Counted from the first letter of the whole stretch, positions 1-13,949 are shown. The stretch: 63,105 bases of DNA, filler included, from Octopus bimaculoides (GCF_001194135.2; 3 parts of 3 records of this genome joined end to end with filler, not necessarily neighbours in it), one strand, 5' to 3'. The notes: a model not told the origin generated them from the sequence alone. A program made the numbers and translations.

Positions 1-544
1 ATATACATATTATATATGTATGTATGTATGTACGTACGAAGAAAGATACAAAGAGGTCAACTTTATAATTAGCTCTCTGAAACGATTTCGACATGGTAAT
101 GAGGCATATTTATGCGATTGCAGACTTCTGAAGAATAAAAGAACAATGGTAAACAAACGCTTATCAATTGGACATGGCGGCATGTTACATGAATGCCATG
201 GACACACATGTATACATGCATAATACATACATATTCGCATATGGGATAGATGCAGACATTACGACACACAGATTCGCCCTCTCTCTTACACTCGCTATCC
301 CTTATCAACGGCTGATAGAGGTTTATTTATTTTTTTATTTAGTCTGCTATATTTTATTCCGGCATCTTGTTTATGTACCGATTCTTCACTCTACGTTTTT
401 CCTTACTTTTCTTGTAGATTTTTCTTCATTTTTTTCACTTTTTATGCGACTACCACTACTGCTAATGCTACTACTAGTACTACTAATAAGTAATAATAGT
501 AATAATAATAATGATTATAAGTACCAAGCACAGGCTTTCGTGCT

Positions 545-1015
545 TTCTGATCTTAAATGATTGGAAGTGGTAGCATGTACATTGTTTGCTCTTGGAATAA
601 AAGATGGGCTACAGCAAATATTCTGCTCAATACCACAGATTTGCTTGTCAGTTGTTTGTTCTTAACCAGTTGAACATCTCCCTTAGGGGCTGACGATGTG
701 TGCATCCCTAATCACGAGCAGAAGTATTGGGGGAGCATGATAGCTATGTGTTGAGAGAAATTCTTTGGGGTTTGAATAATTCACCTCTGCAAACATCCTT
801 AAACAACCCTTATTCAAGGACCATTTGTGCGGGTTGGGCTACTCGATCTATAGAATATTCTAACTAGGCCCCCACCTACAAAGTGTTGGTAGAAATGATG
901 GGCTACAGTAAATATTCTCCTTAATGAAACAGATTTACTTGTCATGTATTTGTTCATAAACAGTTGGTCATGTTACTTAATGGCTGACGATATGTGCATC
1001 TTTGATCATGAGTAA
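545..1015. repeat. Dispersed octopus-type interspersed repeat fragment with internal ~115-bp direct duplication
   Basis: GATGGGCTACAG..AATATTCT... occurs at 603-720 and again at 897-1012. A piece of the same repeat (TTTGGGGTTTGAATAATTCACCTCTG) recurs inverted at 30193-30226. Confidence 0.6.
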
Positions 1016-1149
1016 ATATTGGCTTCAGCTAAATAGAAAAGAAAGAGAGAAAGCAAAATCGCAACAATGACTGAGAAGCTCAGGACTCGAAGCAGAAACT
1101 GAAGGGTTTTTTATTGGTAGTGGTGACGTTGATGTCAACGTGTATGAAA

Positions 1150-1700
1150 GGGTGTAGATAACGGGGGTCGTGATGATGATGATGATGATGATAACAACGT
1201 CGATGAAAACGATTATGTTGGTGATGATGACGAGGATGAAGGTGATATTATATCATCATCAGTAGCAGCATTGCCATAAGAATTATCATGGCAGCTAGGG
1301 TGGTGAGGATGTTCGTCATAGTCGTGCCCATTAGCACAGTCATCAGCAGCACCATCATTATCATCATCTTCATCATCATCCTCATAGCTATTATCATCAT
1401 GGACAGTATTACCATCGTCATCGCCGTCATCAACATAGTCATCATCATCATCACCACCATCCTCATAGCTATCGTGATCATAGTCAACATCGTCATCATC
1501 ATTATCATCATCACCATCACCATCCGAAACTTTCTGATGCACATTCGTCTCTCCATTATTGTTACTGACGTCGTTGCTATAGTTTTTGTTCTTCTTATAA
1601 TTTTATTTTCTTCTTCGTAATGCTGTTATTATAGTTGATGCTGAACTTGTTGATGTTCTTGTTGTTGTTATTGGTGTTGTTGCTGCTGCATTGCTTGCTG
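1150..1700. repeat. Compound imperfect trinucleotide microsatellite (GAT/ATC/GTT)
   Basis: Directly visible degenerate triplet runs; these produce the poly-D/M/I ORFs. Confidence 0.9.
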
Positions 1701-2889
1701 CTAATTGCACACATCAAACGAATCACTTTACGCTATCGATGTTGCCTAGTGATTTTAGAGGGTCGTAACCAGATTGATCACGTTACACAAGTCGAAGTAA
1801 CCAATACGTTGAAAAATATACATGAATAGGTAAAACGCATGTATGTACATATATGTACCGAACTCTGAAGCCTTATTTGTGTCTGTGTGTATGTGTATAT
1901 ATAGATATGTGAATATATATAGTAAAGATAAGCNNNNNNNNNNNNNNNNNNNNNNNNNNNNNNNNNNNNNNNNNNNNNNNNNNNNNNNNNNNNNNNNNNN
2001 NNNNNNNNNNNNNNNNNNNNNNNNNNNNNNNNNNNNNNNNNNNNNNNNNNNNNNNNNNNNNNNNNNNNNNNNNNNNNNNNNNNNNNNNNNNNNNNNNNNN
2101 NNNNNNNNNNNNNNNNNNNNNNNNNNNNNNNNNNNNNNNNNNNNNNNNNNNNNNNNNNNNNNNNNNNNNNNNNNNNNNNNNNNNNNNNNNNNNNNNNNNN
2201 NNNNNNNNNNNNNNNNNNNNNNNNNNNNNNNNNNNNNNNNNNNNNNNNNNNNNNNNNNNNNNNNNNNNNNNNNNNNNNNNNNNNNNNNNNNNNNNNNNNN
2301 NNNNNNNNNNNNNNNNNNNNNNNNNNNNNNNNNNNNNNNNNNNNNNNNNNNNNNNNNNNNNNNNNNNNNNNNNNNNNNNNNNNNNNNNNNNNNNNNNNNN
2401 NNNNNNNNNNNNNNNNNNNNNNNNNNNNNNNNNNNNNNNNNNNNNNNNNNNNNNNNNNNNNNNNNNNNNNNNNNNNNNNNNNNNNNNNNNNNNNNNNNNN
2501 NNNNNNNNNNNNNNNNNNNNNNNNNNNNNNNNNNNNNNNNNNNNNNNNNNNNNNNNNNNNNNNNNNNNNNNNNNNNNNNNNNNNNNNNNNNNNNNNNNNN
2601 NNNNNNNNNNNNNNNNNNNNNNNNNNNNNNNNNNNNNNNNNNNNNNNNNNNNNNNNNNNNNNNNNNNNNNNNNNNNNNNNNNNNNNNNNNNNNNNNNNNN
2701 NNNNNNNNNNNNNNNNNNNNNNNNNNNNNNNNNNNNNNNNNNNNNNNNNNNNNNNNNNNNNNNNNNNNNNNNNNNNNNNNNNNNNNNNNNNNNNNNNNNN
2801 NNNNNNNNNNNNNNNNNNNNNNNNNNNNNNNNNNNNNNNNNNNNNNNNNNNNNNNNNNNNNNNNNNNNNNNNNNNNNNNNNNNNNNNNN

Positions 2890-2930
<41 letters not shown>

Positions 2931-2949
2931 ATGTGTGCGTGCATGTGGG

Positions 2950-2981
<32 letters not shown>

Positions 2982-4010
2982 CATATACATACTCGATTTT
3001 AGATATCACAATAGTGTATATAAAGGCGAATATACATACACAATATGAGTATGTATATAGGAATATATATTTGCATACACACTCATATATATATGTATGT
3101 ATGTGTATATACTCGTACATGTATATGTATGTTTCCGTACTGCCTATGAATACAGAAATATTCACACTCACATACATTCAGATGTACACCTCGCCATGTA
3201 CATACTTATTTACGTATAAATGCATCTACATATACCTTGCCAGTGTGTGTGTGTGTGTGTGCTAGCTTGAATACATATATGAACGAATGCATAGATGTAT
3301 CTCCATTCGTACACATACATAACAATATAATTATAACGGCAATTAGACGGAGATTGGGAGACACTGAGATGCCGATTCTGTAGTAAACCACTACAATTGT
3401 TTTTGTTTTTGCCGTAAGTTTTTATTTATTCTTTCAATGGCTGTTGCATTGCGAAGGCAGTGAGCCAGAGAATAGAGATTATATTTGGTTGATTTGCCAA
3501 TACTGTGTTATTGACTACATATTAAAAGCATTTTTTCATATTATCTGCCCATTGTCCCGGCGCTCACAGAATCTCAATTGTGGTTACAGGCATCCATACA
3601 GGCACGTACAGGTTGCTCACACAAATTCACTTACACGCGTTAACACACACCCTCGCGGGACTACGTACGTATTCTTATACATGCGTTTATGTATACGCAT
3701 CTCTATACAGATGTGTGTCTGTGTGTGTCTCTGCCTGTCTGTGTTCGCGCGTATGTTTTTGTGTATGTATGTATTCACTCATGCATATCGATGCACACCC
3801 ATACTAACATATAGGCACACACATAGATGTATTTACATATACTTATATATAGATGCGCACACAGATGCACACGCGCGCACACACACACACACACAAACAC
3901 ACACACATACACACACACACATATATATTTATTTATATATATATATATATATATTGTATTTATATGTATGTATACATCCCGCTNNNNNNNNNNNNNNNNN
4001 NNNNNNNNNN

Positions 4011-4042
<32 letters not shown>

Positions 4043-4697
4043 ATTTATATGTATGTATACATCCCGCTGTCCCCTACCCATCTTTTCTCCTTCCACTTGA
4101 CCGATATCCGGCCAGCCATGATCTTTCTTTCTTGGCCTGACTGCCGACCGTCAACACCTTTCGTATCCAATCCCCTGTTCCTTCCTTTAGGCTTTCACTC
4201 CTTACGCGCCAGCTGAATTGGATTTGTTCTCAGTCGAAAGACGTCTGTTGTTATTTCTTGTTGTTTGTATTCGTAATTGTGTACCATGTTCTCCATTGTT
4301 TTTTTCCCTTTGTTTCTTGTCTGTGTTGTCCATTGCAAAAACTCGCCTCAGGCAAGTGTTTCGACCCTTAACGTTTTACGCTCCAAAGGGTATGGGTCAC
4401 ATCCAGGTCACGAAACTTGACAGCCCGTATGCTGACATTTTTTACCTAGTTGGTTAATGGGGCTTGTGCATTTACACCGGTTAATGCTTTTTTTCTCTGT
4501 TTCAACTGCTCTTCTCTAACACACATTTAGAACACGCACACACACATACACACACACACACACACACATGTATATATATANNNNNNNNNNCTAGATAGAT
4601 AGATAATAGATGGATAGACAGATAGATGTGCGTGTGAGTTCATATGTGCGTGTGTGTATATATGTGTGCGTGTGAGTGTAGGTGCGTGTGTACATGG

Positions 4698-4742
<45 letters not shown>

Positions 4743-4755
4743 TATGTGCGTTGGT

Positions 4756-4941
4756 GTTTGTACCCGCCCTCCATCGCTTAACAACCAATGTTGGTGTTTA
4801 CGTCCCTGTAACATAACGGTTCGGCATAAGAAACCGATAGAATAAGTACTAGACTTACAAACAACAAGTACTTTGATCGATTCATTCTACTATGGGTGGT
4901 GCTCCAGCATGGCCGCACTCAATAGGCTGAAACAAGTAAAA
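4756..4941 (+). mobile_element. tRNA-derived SINE, family A (internal microsatellite type), 3' half
   Basis: Matches the well-preserved copy at 37011-37335 (CGGTTCGGCA..GATAGAATAAGTACTAG..GCTCCAGCATGGCCGCA..TGAAACAAGTAAAA). Confidence 0.85.
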
Positions 4942-5004
4942 TTCTATATAAAGGTGCTCCGTACTACTAGTCATGATAATGGATGACGGTTAAACGTACA
5001 TTTT

Positions 5005-5310
5005 CATCCTACAAATATTCTTGGCATTACAATCTGGAGATAATGTGTTGTTAAGAAACTTTTAAGGGTCTATCAAATCTCGCAGAACTAAAGAATAAAG
5101 GGACCCCTAAACCACAGGTCTGGTTGGAATTTCTTGCGAATAGGTATTATACGGTGGTATTGTTTTGGGTGACGGCTTAAATCTACCGCACGAATTTCTG
5201 TCTACCACATTCAATTTATAGTCTACGGATGTAGGATATAATAGAGCGATCGCCAAACGTATGAAGAAGGTCAATGTAAATGCACTCGCCTCCGATGAAG
5301 TCACCGACGA
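5005..5310 (+). mobile_element. Possible decayed Gypsy-type integrase C-terminal fragment
   Basis: Translation LQSGDNVLLRN resembles the integrase-tail motif (LxxGDxVLxRN); stops follow immediately. Confidence 0.25.
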
Positions 5311-5761
5311 TAAGAAATATACAGGAAATTGAATGAAATATCCATTTTACAATATTACAAAGAGATAACAATAAAACCATTTATTTTACGTATGTATTAT
5401 TACTTTTCTTTGTTTTTACGATGATATATTTATCGTTGTTATTATGCAATAGTGTCTTAAGTTCAAAAGGTTGGTGTGTCAGAAAAAGAAAAATAATTTT
5501 ACCATTCCATAGCAAAAACGTCGTACAACACTTTGAAAATGTTGATGTCTTCGCATAAGAAGCAAATGGAGATATGATAGTTTGAGCAAAAGAACCGGCT
5601 ATTGCAAGCCGAAATAAATATTGAGGAAGAGACGCATTTGGTCAAATTTGGATTTACGACAGTTTAACATAAAAGCAACGATAGGTGTTGCTGACTCTGT
5701 GCAGACGTAGGCAAATGATGTAAAAAGTTTAAAATTGCGTCCGATTCGTATAATTTTTGCA

Positions 5762-6022
5762 TACTCTTTTACTTGTTTCAGTCATTTGACTGCGGCCATA
5801 CTAGAACACTGCCTTTAGTCGAGCAAATCGATCCCCCGTACTTATTCTTTGTAAGCCTAGTACTTATTCTATCGGATCCTTTTGCCGAACCGCTAAGTTA
5901 CGGGGACCTAAACACACCACTATCGGTTGCCAAGCGATGTTGGGCGGACAGACACAGAAGCATATACATAGACTATATATATATATATATATATATATAG
6001 AACGGGATTCTTTCAGTTTACC
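5762..6022 (-). mobile_element. SINE family A copy
   Basis: Reverse complement of the family A 3' half, then (TA)n, then a short CGGG.TTCTTTCAGTTT piece of the 5' half. Confidence 0.9.
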
Positions 6023-6399
6023 CATAATGTATTATGGGAAATCAAAAATTTTAGTTTTTGAAAGTCCGATATCATTACGTGATTATAAATGCACTCAGAT
6101 ATTAGAATTTTGCAAGGGTTCGGATATTGTAATCATGTAGAATTTCATGGGTTATTTTTGCAACGTTTGGATTTTGTTGCCGTTGTTACTTTATTGAGGC
6201 TAGCCAATTATAACCAGGTAACTGCGTGCTTGTTGGCTTACTATGGGAGTGGTCATGGCATTTCAAACCCTTGAGTATACAATAAATATATGTGAATGTC
6301 CTTACCTTACTAGCTATCTATACGTGTATGGTGTTCTTTGGAATTGTGCTGAATACATAGGTACAACAGCGTATAAGCATTGCGCCAAATAAATGTAGA

Positions 6400-7870
6400 A
6401 CAACTTCAAAATGTCGCTTCAAGTTTAAATAATCTGAATTCGAAACATACCAAAGTCGATTTGGTATTTACTTCTGCTGCGGCGGATAAAATATATAGCA
6501 CGGTTGAAATATTTTGAGCAAGCACTAAGTTGTTAGAATGCTAGGTCACGTGCATCTTAACTCAGGGGCAGGTAATCGAATGACTGAATTTTCTATGGTG
6601 AGCGTCGGAGACTCCAAGCGTTACGTATCGAGGTAAGCATGATGTTTACTTTTAGATTTCAGGTATCAAACACGCAAAATACATTATTTTCAGCTTCAAA
6701 ATGTATGTTTTTACCCTCTCATTGCTTCATCTTAGGGTTTGATCTTGTGTTGTAAGTTCCTTCGGAGGTCGGTCTGTGTTTGGTATTCTGTACAGGAAGT
6801 AAACGTAAGCTGCTGATCGAATATTATTGAGATACAATCATCCAGCATAATTCACATATGTATTCCGACGTGTTGTATTGATGTGTTGACATTCAGTCTA
6901 TGGAGCTTAATTGTGTTTTGCCGGAAGGCATTAAAGTTATGTTGTCCTTTGCACCTCCTGTTTCAGTGGTAACACTTCGTATCGCAGGAATACGAAGAAG
7001 AAGAAGGCGAGGATATTGATATCAATTCAAACCCTGAAGAATGGACAGCATAATCCATTCAACGCCTTTAGCACATTTATTGCTGATCCCTGCGAAACGA
7101 ACGATAAAATTGACCTGAGAGGAATTTTCAAGGTGAAAGGTGAAGCAGTAAATTAAGTGAACGAGGAATCGGCTGACATCTTGCTGTCTCGGCTACATTA
7201 ATTGCGTTACAGTAACAAATTAATTTCGATTCGATAGTTTCAGTACACACAGTGCGTCCGTTAAATATCATGCAATATCATGGAATCTATAAAAGAACAG
7301 AAAATCGCAGAACAATCCAGTTTAGTAATACTTTGACCATGAGTGTATGCATATTGCAGATGTAAACAAATTGGGGCCCATTGTAAGGATTTCGATCCTA
7401 AACAATTTAAATTCGAAGACGTATTGAATAGATTCGTTAATAATAATTGCTGGACTTTCTGGACATTGTGTGTTACTGTTTTCATTAAGCATGAGTTGTA
7501 TAATTTGTGTTCCCCTTGTTTTATAGCTGTCAATATAAAGGATTCGAGACCGTCGCAAGGAAACCAATAGCATTTCATATTTCAACATTAGATATAATAC
7601 ACACACATACACACAAGTTTATATATTTGTGCGACAGGTTTCTTATATATATATAGTCTGTTAAAGTCTGTCATACCGGCCATGACGAAGGGAAATAGCC
7701 CTGAAACTCGAGTCGCCTTTTTATATATATATTTATATTTATATATTTATATATTTGATCCTTTATATTGAACACTCAATATTTCATCTACATTCAATAC
7801 TTTCTTTCAGGGTGCCATCCATTTTTATGTTATTTTATTTTATATTGTATATTGTATATCATATTATATA
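6400..7870 (+). mobile_element. Decayed Penelope-like element (RT + GIY-YIG remnants + pseudo-LTR with hammerhead motif)
   Basis: Ordered degenerate motifs across frames: VDLVFTS (6455; ~FDVxSLFT), KRYV (6616; ~RYVDD), LYRK*T...YNHP (6788-6844; ~YRKPT..S.HP). An endonuclease-like stretch follows at 7343-7570, then a hammerhead motif at 7678-7717 and a T-rich tail. Confidence 0.6.
7678..7717 (+). ncRNA. Minimal type I hammerhead ribozyme-like motif (PLE type, one-base core insertion)
   Basis: GGC-C[A]TGACGA-AGGG aaatag CCCT-GAAA-C TCGA G-TC-GCC: stem I GGC/GCC, stem II AGGG/CCCT, palindromic stem III CTCGAG, GUC cleavage triplet. Confidence 0.6.
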
Positions 7871-8460
7871 TTGTATATTCCATATTCTATACCCCACATT
7901 AGTTCTGCAGGAATATAAATAAAACATAAAAAACAGACGGTGTTGGAACTCTTTTAAGCAAAATAATATATATATATATATAAACTAAACAAAAAATGTA
8001 ACAAGAACGTAACAGGCAACAACAAATTATCCGAAAAGTTAGACAATAAAAAAAGGACAGGAAAAACAAGGATGAGTTAATCCGTAGTATTCGATGCTGA
8101 CTATGCAGTAACTTCATGTATATCGTCATTTAGTTTACTCATTTATTCCCGCCTTCTACTTACGGTCTTCTGTCAAAACCTTTGACTATTGAGTTTCAAT
8201 GTACGCAATACGAATTTCATGCTCGCCAACAGTCTCTCATACACTTACAAATATATATGAGCACTCCAGCCTAGTTTCAGCCATTCTGTCTTTCATAAAG
8301 ATATATGCATGTGTATGTGCGTGTTTGTGTGCGTGCGTGCGTGTGTGTATGTATATACTTACACAAACGCACATAAATGTAGTTATCTATATCCATAATC
8401 ATTCATAAACACCTTTTATTGATTCACATATAAGTGTCTATTTATACACATATACATGTA

Positions 8461-8500
<40 letters not shown>

Positions 8501-9451
8501 NNNNNNNNNNNNNNNNNNNNNNNNNNNNNNNNNNNNNNNNNNNNNNNNNNNNNNNNNNNNNNNNNNNNNNNNNNNNNNNNNNNNNNNNNNNNNNNNNNNN
8601 NNNNNNNNNNNNNNNNNNNNNNNNNNNNNNNNNNNNNNNNNNNNNNNNNNNNNNNNNNNNNNNNNNNNNNNNNNNNNNNNNNNNNNNNNNNNNNNNNNNN
8701 NNNNNNNNNNNNNNNNNNNNNNNNNNNNNNNNNNNNNNNNNNNNNNNNNNNNNNNNNNNNNNNNNNNNNNNNNNNNNNNNNNNNNNNNNNNNNNNNNNNN
8801 NNNNNNNNNNNNNNNNNNNNNNNNNNNNNNNNNNNNNNNNNNNNNNNNNNNNNNNNNNNNNNNNNNNNNNNNNNNNNNNNNNNNNNNNNNNNNNNNNNNN
8901 NNNNNNNNNNNNNNNNNNNNNNNNNNNNNNNNNNNNNNNNNNNNNNNNNNNNNNNNNNNNNNNNNNNNNNNNNNNNNNNNNNNNNNNNNNNNNNNNNNNN
9001 NNNNNNNNNNNNNNNNNNNNNNNNNNNNNNNNNNNNNNNNNNNNNNNNNNNNNNNNNNNNNNNNNNNNNNNNNNNNNNNNNNNNNNNNNNNNNNNNNNNN
9101 NNNNNNNNNNNNNNNNNNNNNNNNNNNNNNNNNNNNNNNNNNNNNNNNNNNNNNNNNNNNNNNNNNNNNNNNNNNNNNNNNNNNNNNNNNNNNNNNNNNN
9201 NNNNNNNNNNNNNNNNNNNNNNNNNNNNNNNNNNNNNNNNNNNNNNNNNNNNNNNNNNNNNNNNNNNNNNNNNNNNNNNNNNNNNNNNNNNNNNNNNNNN
9301 NNNNNNNNNNNNNNNNNNNNNNNNNNNNNNNNNNNNNNNNNNNNNNNNNNNNNNNNNNNNNNNNNNNNNNNNNNNNNNNNNNNNNNNNNNNNNNNNNNNN
9401 NNNNNNNNNNNNNNNNNNNNNNNNNNNNNNNNNNNNNNNNNNNNNNNNNNN

Positions 9452-9575
9452 NAAATATATATATACATAGATATCTCTGTCTGTGTCTGTATATATAAAT
9501 ATATATATACATAGATATCTCTGTCTGTGTCTGTATATATAAATATATATATACATAGATATCTCTGTCTGTGTT
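9452..9575. repeat. ~44-bp tandem minisatellite (about 3 copies) at gap edge
   Basis: AAATATATATATACATAGATATCTCTGTCTGTG.. is repeated head to tail. Confidence 0.85.
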
Positions 9576-10587
9576 TGTATATATGTATTTATATGTAGGT
9601 ATATATATAAATGTATATATATATGTGTGTGTGTGTGTATCTGTGTTTATATGTTTAATATAAACTCGTACGTTTCCTTTCCACAGATTAATAGAAATGC
9701 AATACATGATTTGCCAATAATTTTTCCCTCTTACACTCTACGATTCATACTTTCACTCATGAAACAGCAAAAGTGTAACACATATACAAAATCTATTTAC
9801 TAGGTGTTTTGTACGAAAAAAACAAAACAAAAAACGCCCAAACAAAACAATAGTATTATAGTCCGAGTTAGCACTTCCTATGTATTTCCATCATTACAAT
9901 TTATGTCTACCGCGCCGATATTTGTACAAGTTGCTCCAGTGTAATTACTACATTTTTCCAATGTATATTTGCTTTATTCTGTCGTTTTTATTTTACTAGA
10001 CGTCTTCTACGTTGTTAGTTCTTTTCTGATCATTATATAGTTGAGCTTTGTTCATTTATTCACGTCTATTTATTTATTTATATATATTACATATTCCATT
10101 AAGCTCTCCTACCTCGTTTTCTTCTCACTTTTTGCAGTTCTGTATTCTAATTCATCTGCGTTCTTTGTACTTATATTTTGTTGGTTGTTTCTTACATATA
10201 AACGAAAACATTAATGAAGCATATTTCTATTAAATATGAATACAAACGTGTATACACGTAAAATACAGTCGTTCTATAATTACAAACACTATCACATACA
10301 CACACTGAAACACACGTATATATATATACGTACATTAACACAAATAAGCATATTTAAGCACTTAAGTATACAAAAAATGTAGGACGAGATTTAGTGATCA
10401 TTTGTAAGTATGATTCTTAATTATTAAACTACAAACAGAAAATGCTGAAAAGAAAAGAAAGCAACGCTTTGACCAATATGATGGAGTTGGCACCTGTTTG
10501 CTTTTGAGTATGTGCGTGTGCGCAATGTGTGTCTTTTGTGTGTCTGCATTAGTTCTTAGTGCAATAGCATGTACTTTACTTAGAGAT

Positions 10588-10640
10588 CACAGTGGTCTCC
10601 GAGATATCTCTCTCTCTTTCGCTCTCTTTCTCTCTCTCTT

Positions 10641-10694
<54 letters not shown>

Positions 10695-11310
10695 TCTCAC
10701 ACACACACACACGNNNNNNNNNNNNNNNNNNNNNNNNNNNNNNNNNNNNNNNNNNNNNNNNNNNNNNNNNNNNNNNNNNNNNNNNNNNNNNNNNNNNNNN
10801 NNNNNNNNNNNNNNNNNNNNNNNNNNNNNNNNNNNNNNNNNNNNNNNNNNNNNNNNNNNNNNNNNNNNNNNNNNNNNNNNNNNNNNNNNNNNNNNNNNNN
10901 NNNNNNNNNNNNNNNNNNNNNNNNNNNNNNNNNNNNNNNNNNNNNNNNNNNNNNNNNNNNNNNNNNNNNNNNNNNNNNNNNNNNNNNNNNNNNNNNNNNN
11001 NNNNNNNNNNNNNNNNNNNNNNNNNNNNNNNNNNNNNNNNNNNNNNNNNNNNNNNNNNNNNNNNNNNNNNNNNNNNNNNNNNNNNNNNNNNNNNNNNNNN
11101 NNNNNNNNNNNNNNNNNNNNNNNNNNNNNNNNNNNNNNNNNNNNNNNNNNNNNNNNNNNNNNNNNNNNNNNNNNNNNNNNNNNNNNNNNNNNNNNNNNNN
11201 NNNNNNNNNNNNNNNNNNNNNNNNNNNNNNNNNNNNNNNNNNNNNNNNNNNNNNNNNCACAGTGGTCTCCGAGATATCTCTCTCTCTTTCGCTCTCTTTC
11301 TCTCTCTCTT

Positions 11311-11364
<54 letters not shown>

Positions 11365-11383
11365 TCTCACACACACACACACG
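10588..11383. repeat. Identical ~125-bp (CT)n-containing sequence on both sides of an N gap (probable assembly overlap)
   Basis: CACAGTGGTCTCCGAGATATCTC...CACACACG at 10588-10713 and 11258-11383. Confidence 0.8.
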
Positions 11384-12204
11384 TATCTTCTCACTTACTC
11401 ACATCCGCAGACACGCTCACACACGCATAATCACACACCCAAGAACACTAACACGCAGTAGTTTTTATAAAGAAAATTACAGGCGCCGAGTGAGTTTGTA
11501 TTCTACAGCAAATAAAAAGAAAGTTCTCGAACGCAGAATAGCTGTAAAAGCACTTTAGAAGATAGGGTAATACCTTTGCATTCAACATTTCCTTTATTTT
11601 GTGTAGAATACCAAATCACTAGATGATTCTAAGTTTGTTTATAAAGAATGTTCTCACATTCCACAAGCTATTATTTAGCATTATATAAAAAAAAGCACAA
11701 AGAAGGGCCAGCATTTGTTGTCAGAAACCTATTAGCTTAATACAACAAAACGATTTGCCGGAATTTTTGTTACAGGGTTCGGCTCTCTATAGCGGGTTCC
11801 TGGCAGCTTTCCTTTCTGTTGTTAAATTGCTGGAGACGGTCTTTTTGCTTCGTTGTTTTTATGTAGGTGTCATATATTATATTTTGCTATATTTTACTAA
11901 TCCGTTTTAAGTTATTCCGCGTTTGAGATTCTCCTTTATTTTCTGTGGCGTACGAATATTCAGCAGGCGTCTACTCTCCATATTGTTTCACTAACCCCAT
12001 TGCGGTCATACTGCGACTCAAACATGAAATATGTAGCCCCTCGAAATGCCTCCGATATTTCTTTAATAAAATCGTAACAGTTAATCTCAAGGATCGATTT
12101 GAAAATCAGCGAATTGATGGTGGCAGAAACAAATCAACACCTGTTGACAAATAGTGAGAGGCAACTACAAATGCGCTGAATTAAACGTACATACACCATT
12201 TTTT

Positions 12205-12340
12205 TCTTCTCAGCCGTTTCTGTCGAAGAGCGTAAGCTACAAGCGTCAAACACTTTTTCATTCTTCCAGAGCGTTAAACAAATACACCTATTCGCTGTTC
12301 CGTCAACTGTCTTTGTCTTTTGTTTTCTGTACGTCTGAAC

Positions 12341-12345
<5 letters not shown>
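12205..12345 (+). mobile_element. Penelope-like pseudo-LTR with degenerate hammerhead
   Basis: CTGTCGA-AGAGC GTAA GCT-ACAAGCGTC (decayed CTGANGA..GAAACGTC) followed by the characteristic T-rich tail ending in (TA)n. Confidence 0.55.
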
Positions 12346-12376
<31 letters not shown>

Positions 12377-13949
12377 NNNNNNNNNNNNNNNNNNNNNNNN
12401 NNNNNNNNNNNNNNNNNNNNNNNNNNNNNNNNNNNNNNNNNNNNNNNNNNNNNNNNNNNNNNNNNNNNNNNNNNNNNNNNNNNNNNNNNNNNNNNNNNNN
12501 NNNNNNNNNNNNNNNNNNNNNNNNNNNNNNNNNNNNNNNNNNNNNNNNNNNNNNNNNNNNNNNNNNNNNNNNNNNNNNNNNNNNNNNNNNNNNNNNNNNN
12601 NNNNNNNNNNNNNNNNNNNNNNNNNNNNNNNNNNNNNNNNNNNNNNNNNNNNNNNNNNNNNNNNNNNNNNNNNNNNNNNNNNNNNNNNNNNNNNNNNNNN
12701 NNNNNNNNNNNNNNNNNNNNNNNNNNNNNNNNNNNNNNNNNNNNNNNNNNNNNNNNNNNNNNNNNNNNNNNNNNNNNNNNNNNNNNNNNNNNNNNNNNNN
12801 NNNNNNNNNNNNNNNNNNNNNNNNNNNNNNNNNNNNNNNNNNNNNNTATATATATGCATATATATATATATATACGCACGCACGCATGCACGCACGCACG
12901 CACGCGCACGCACACGCACATACACACACACATATATATATATAGTATATATATATATATTTGAAATGAATAAATACATATATACAAATACACACACATA
13001 TTTTTGTGTGCATACTATTTTTGTATGTATGCATGCATGTATGTATGTATGGATCTGTATATGTAGGTTTACGTGTGAACATATACACTTACAGATCGAA
13101 ATAGTTAAAAGAAAATATATGTACGTCTAGCTTTCTTCCCAATATTACCAAAAGCTTTATTGTCAACTAATTAATTATGCACTGAATCACCTCAGAGCAT
13201 AAGAAATGAAAATTAACTCCCTTGTGTGTGTGTTAAANNNNNNNNNNTTGGAGACGGCTTCTTGTCTTTTTTTTTTTTTGCTGTTTTCTTTACGTAGATG
13301 TCTTTATGGCCAATAAAATAAATTATTATTATTGCTATTATTATTATTTTTATTATTATTTATTATTATATTACTATAATATATTTTTAATTATATTCTC
13401 ATAGTTTTAATCTTATTTAACGCTAAATTATATTTTTCTGTTGCTTTCGTTTACATACATACATACATACTTACTCGCACAAACACACACATATATATAT
13501 ATAAATATATATTTGTACATATGCATATATATATATATATATGTATATAGTATGTACATTTATATGAATGTATTTATAATTATTGTTTCTGCTCTGTTTT
13601 CTATTCATATTCTTCTTTTAACATTTATGTAACTATTTTCTTCATCGATACAACGTCGAGAAAAAATGCCTTGTGGTATTTCTTCTAATACTTTATGTTC
13701 TGTGTTCAGATCGCACCCAAGATAAATTTGCGTTTCATTTGGTTGACGACCCTGGTGGGGCTGAAAACAAACGATTTCATGTTTGGCTAATCTTTTTCAA
13801 CTATTTGTTTTTTTTTCTTCTTTAAGTTCCAACTGAAAAGAAAGTGAGGGTTGAGTTGTATATGCTGTCCCCCACCTCCAGGGAATTTATTGTTTCATAT
13901 TATTTCAATGAGTTTGTGTAAACCTCCACACCCTTTTGTATTCTACTGA

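Noticed and set aside
11483-11489. AG-GCGCCGA-GTGAGT micro-exon-like signal
   Set aside because: The acceptor context is purine-rich, and such a match is expected by chance in 63 kb.
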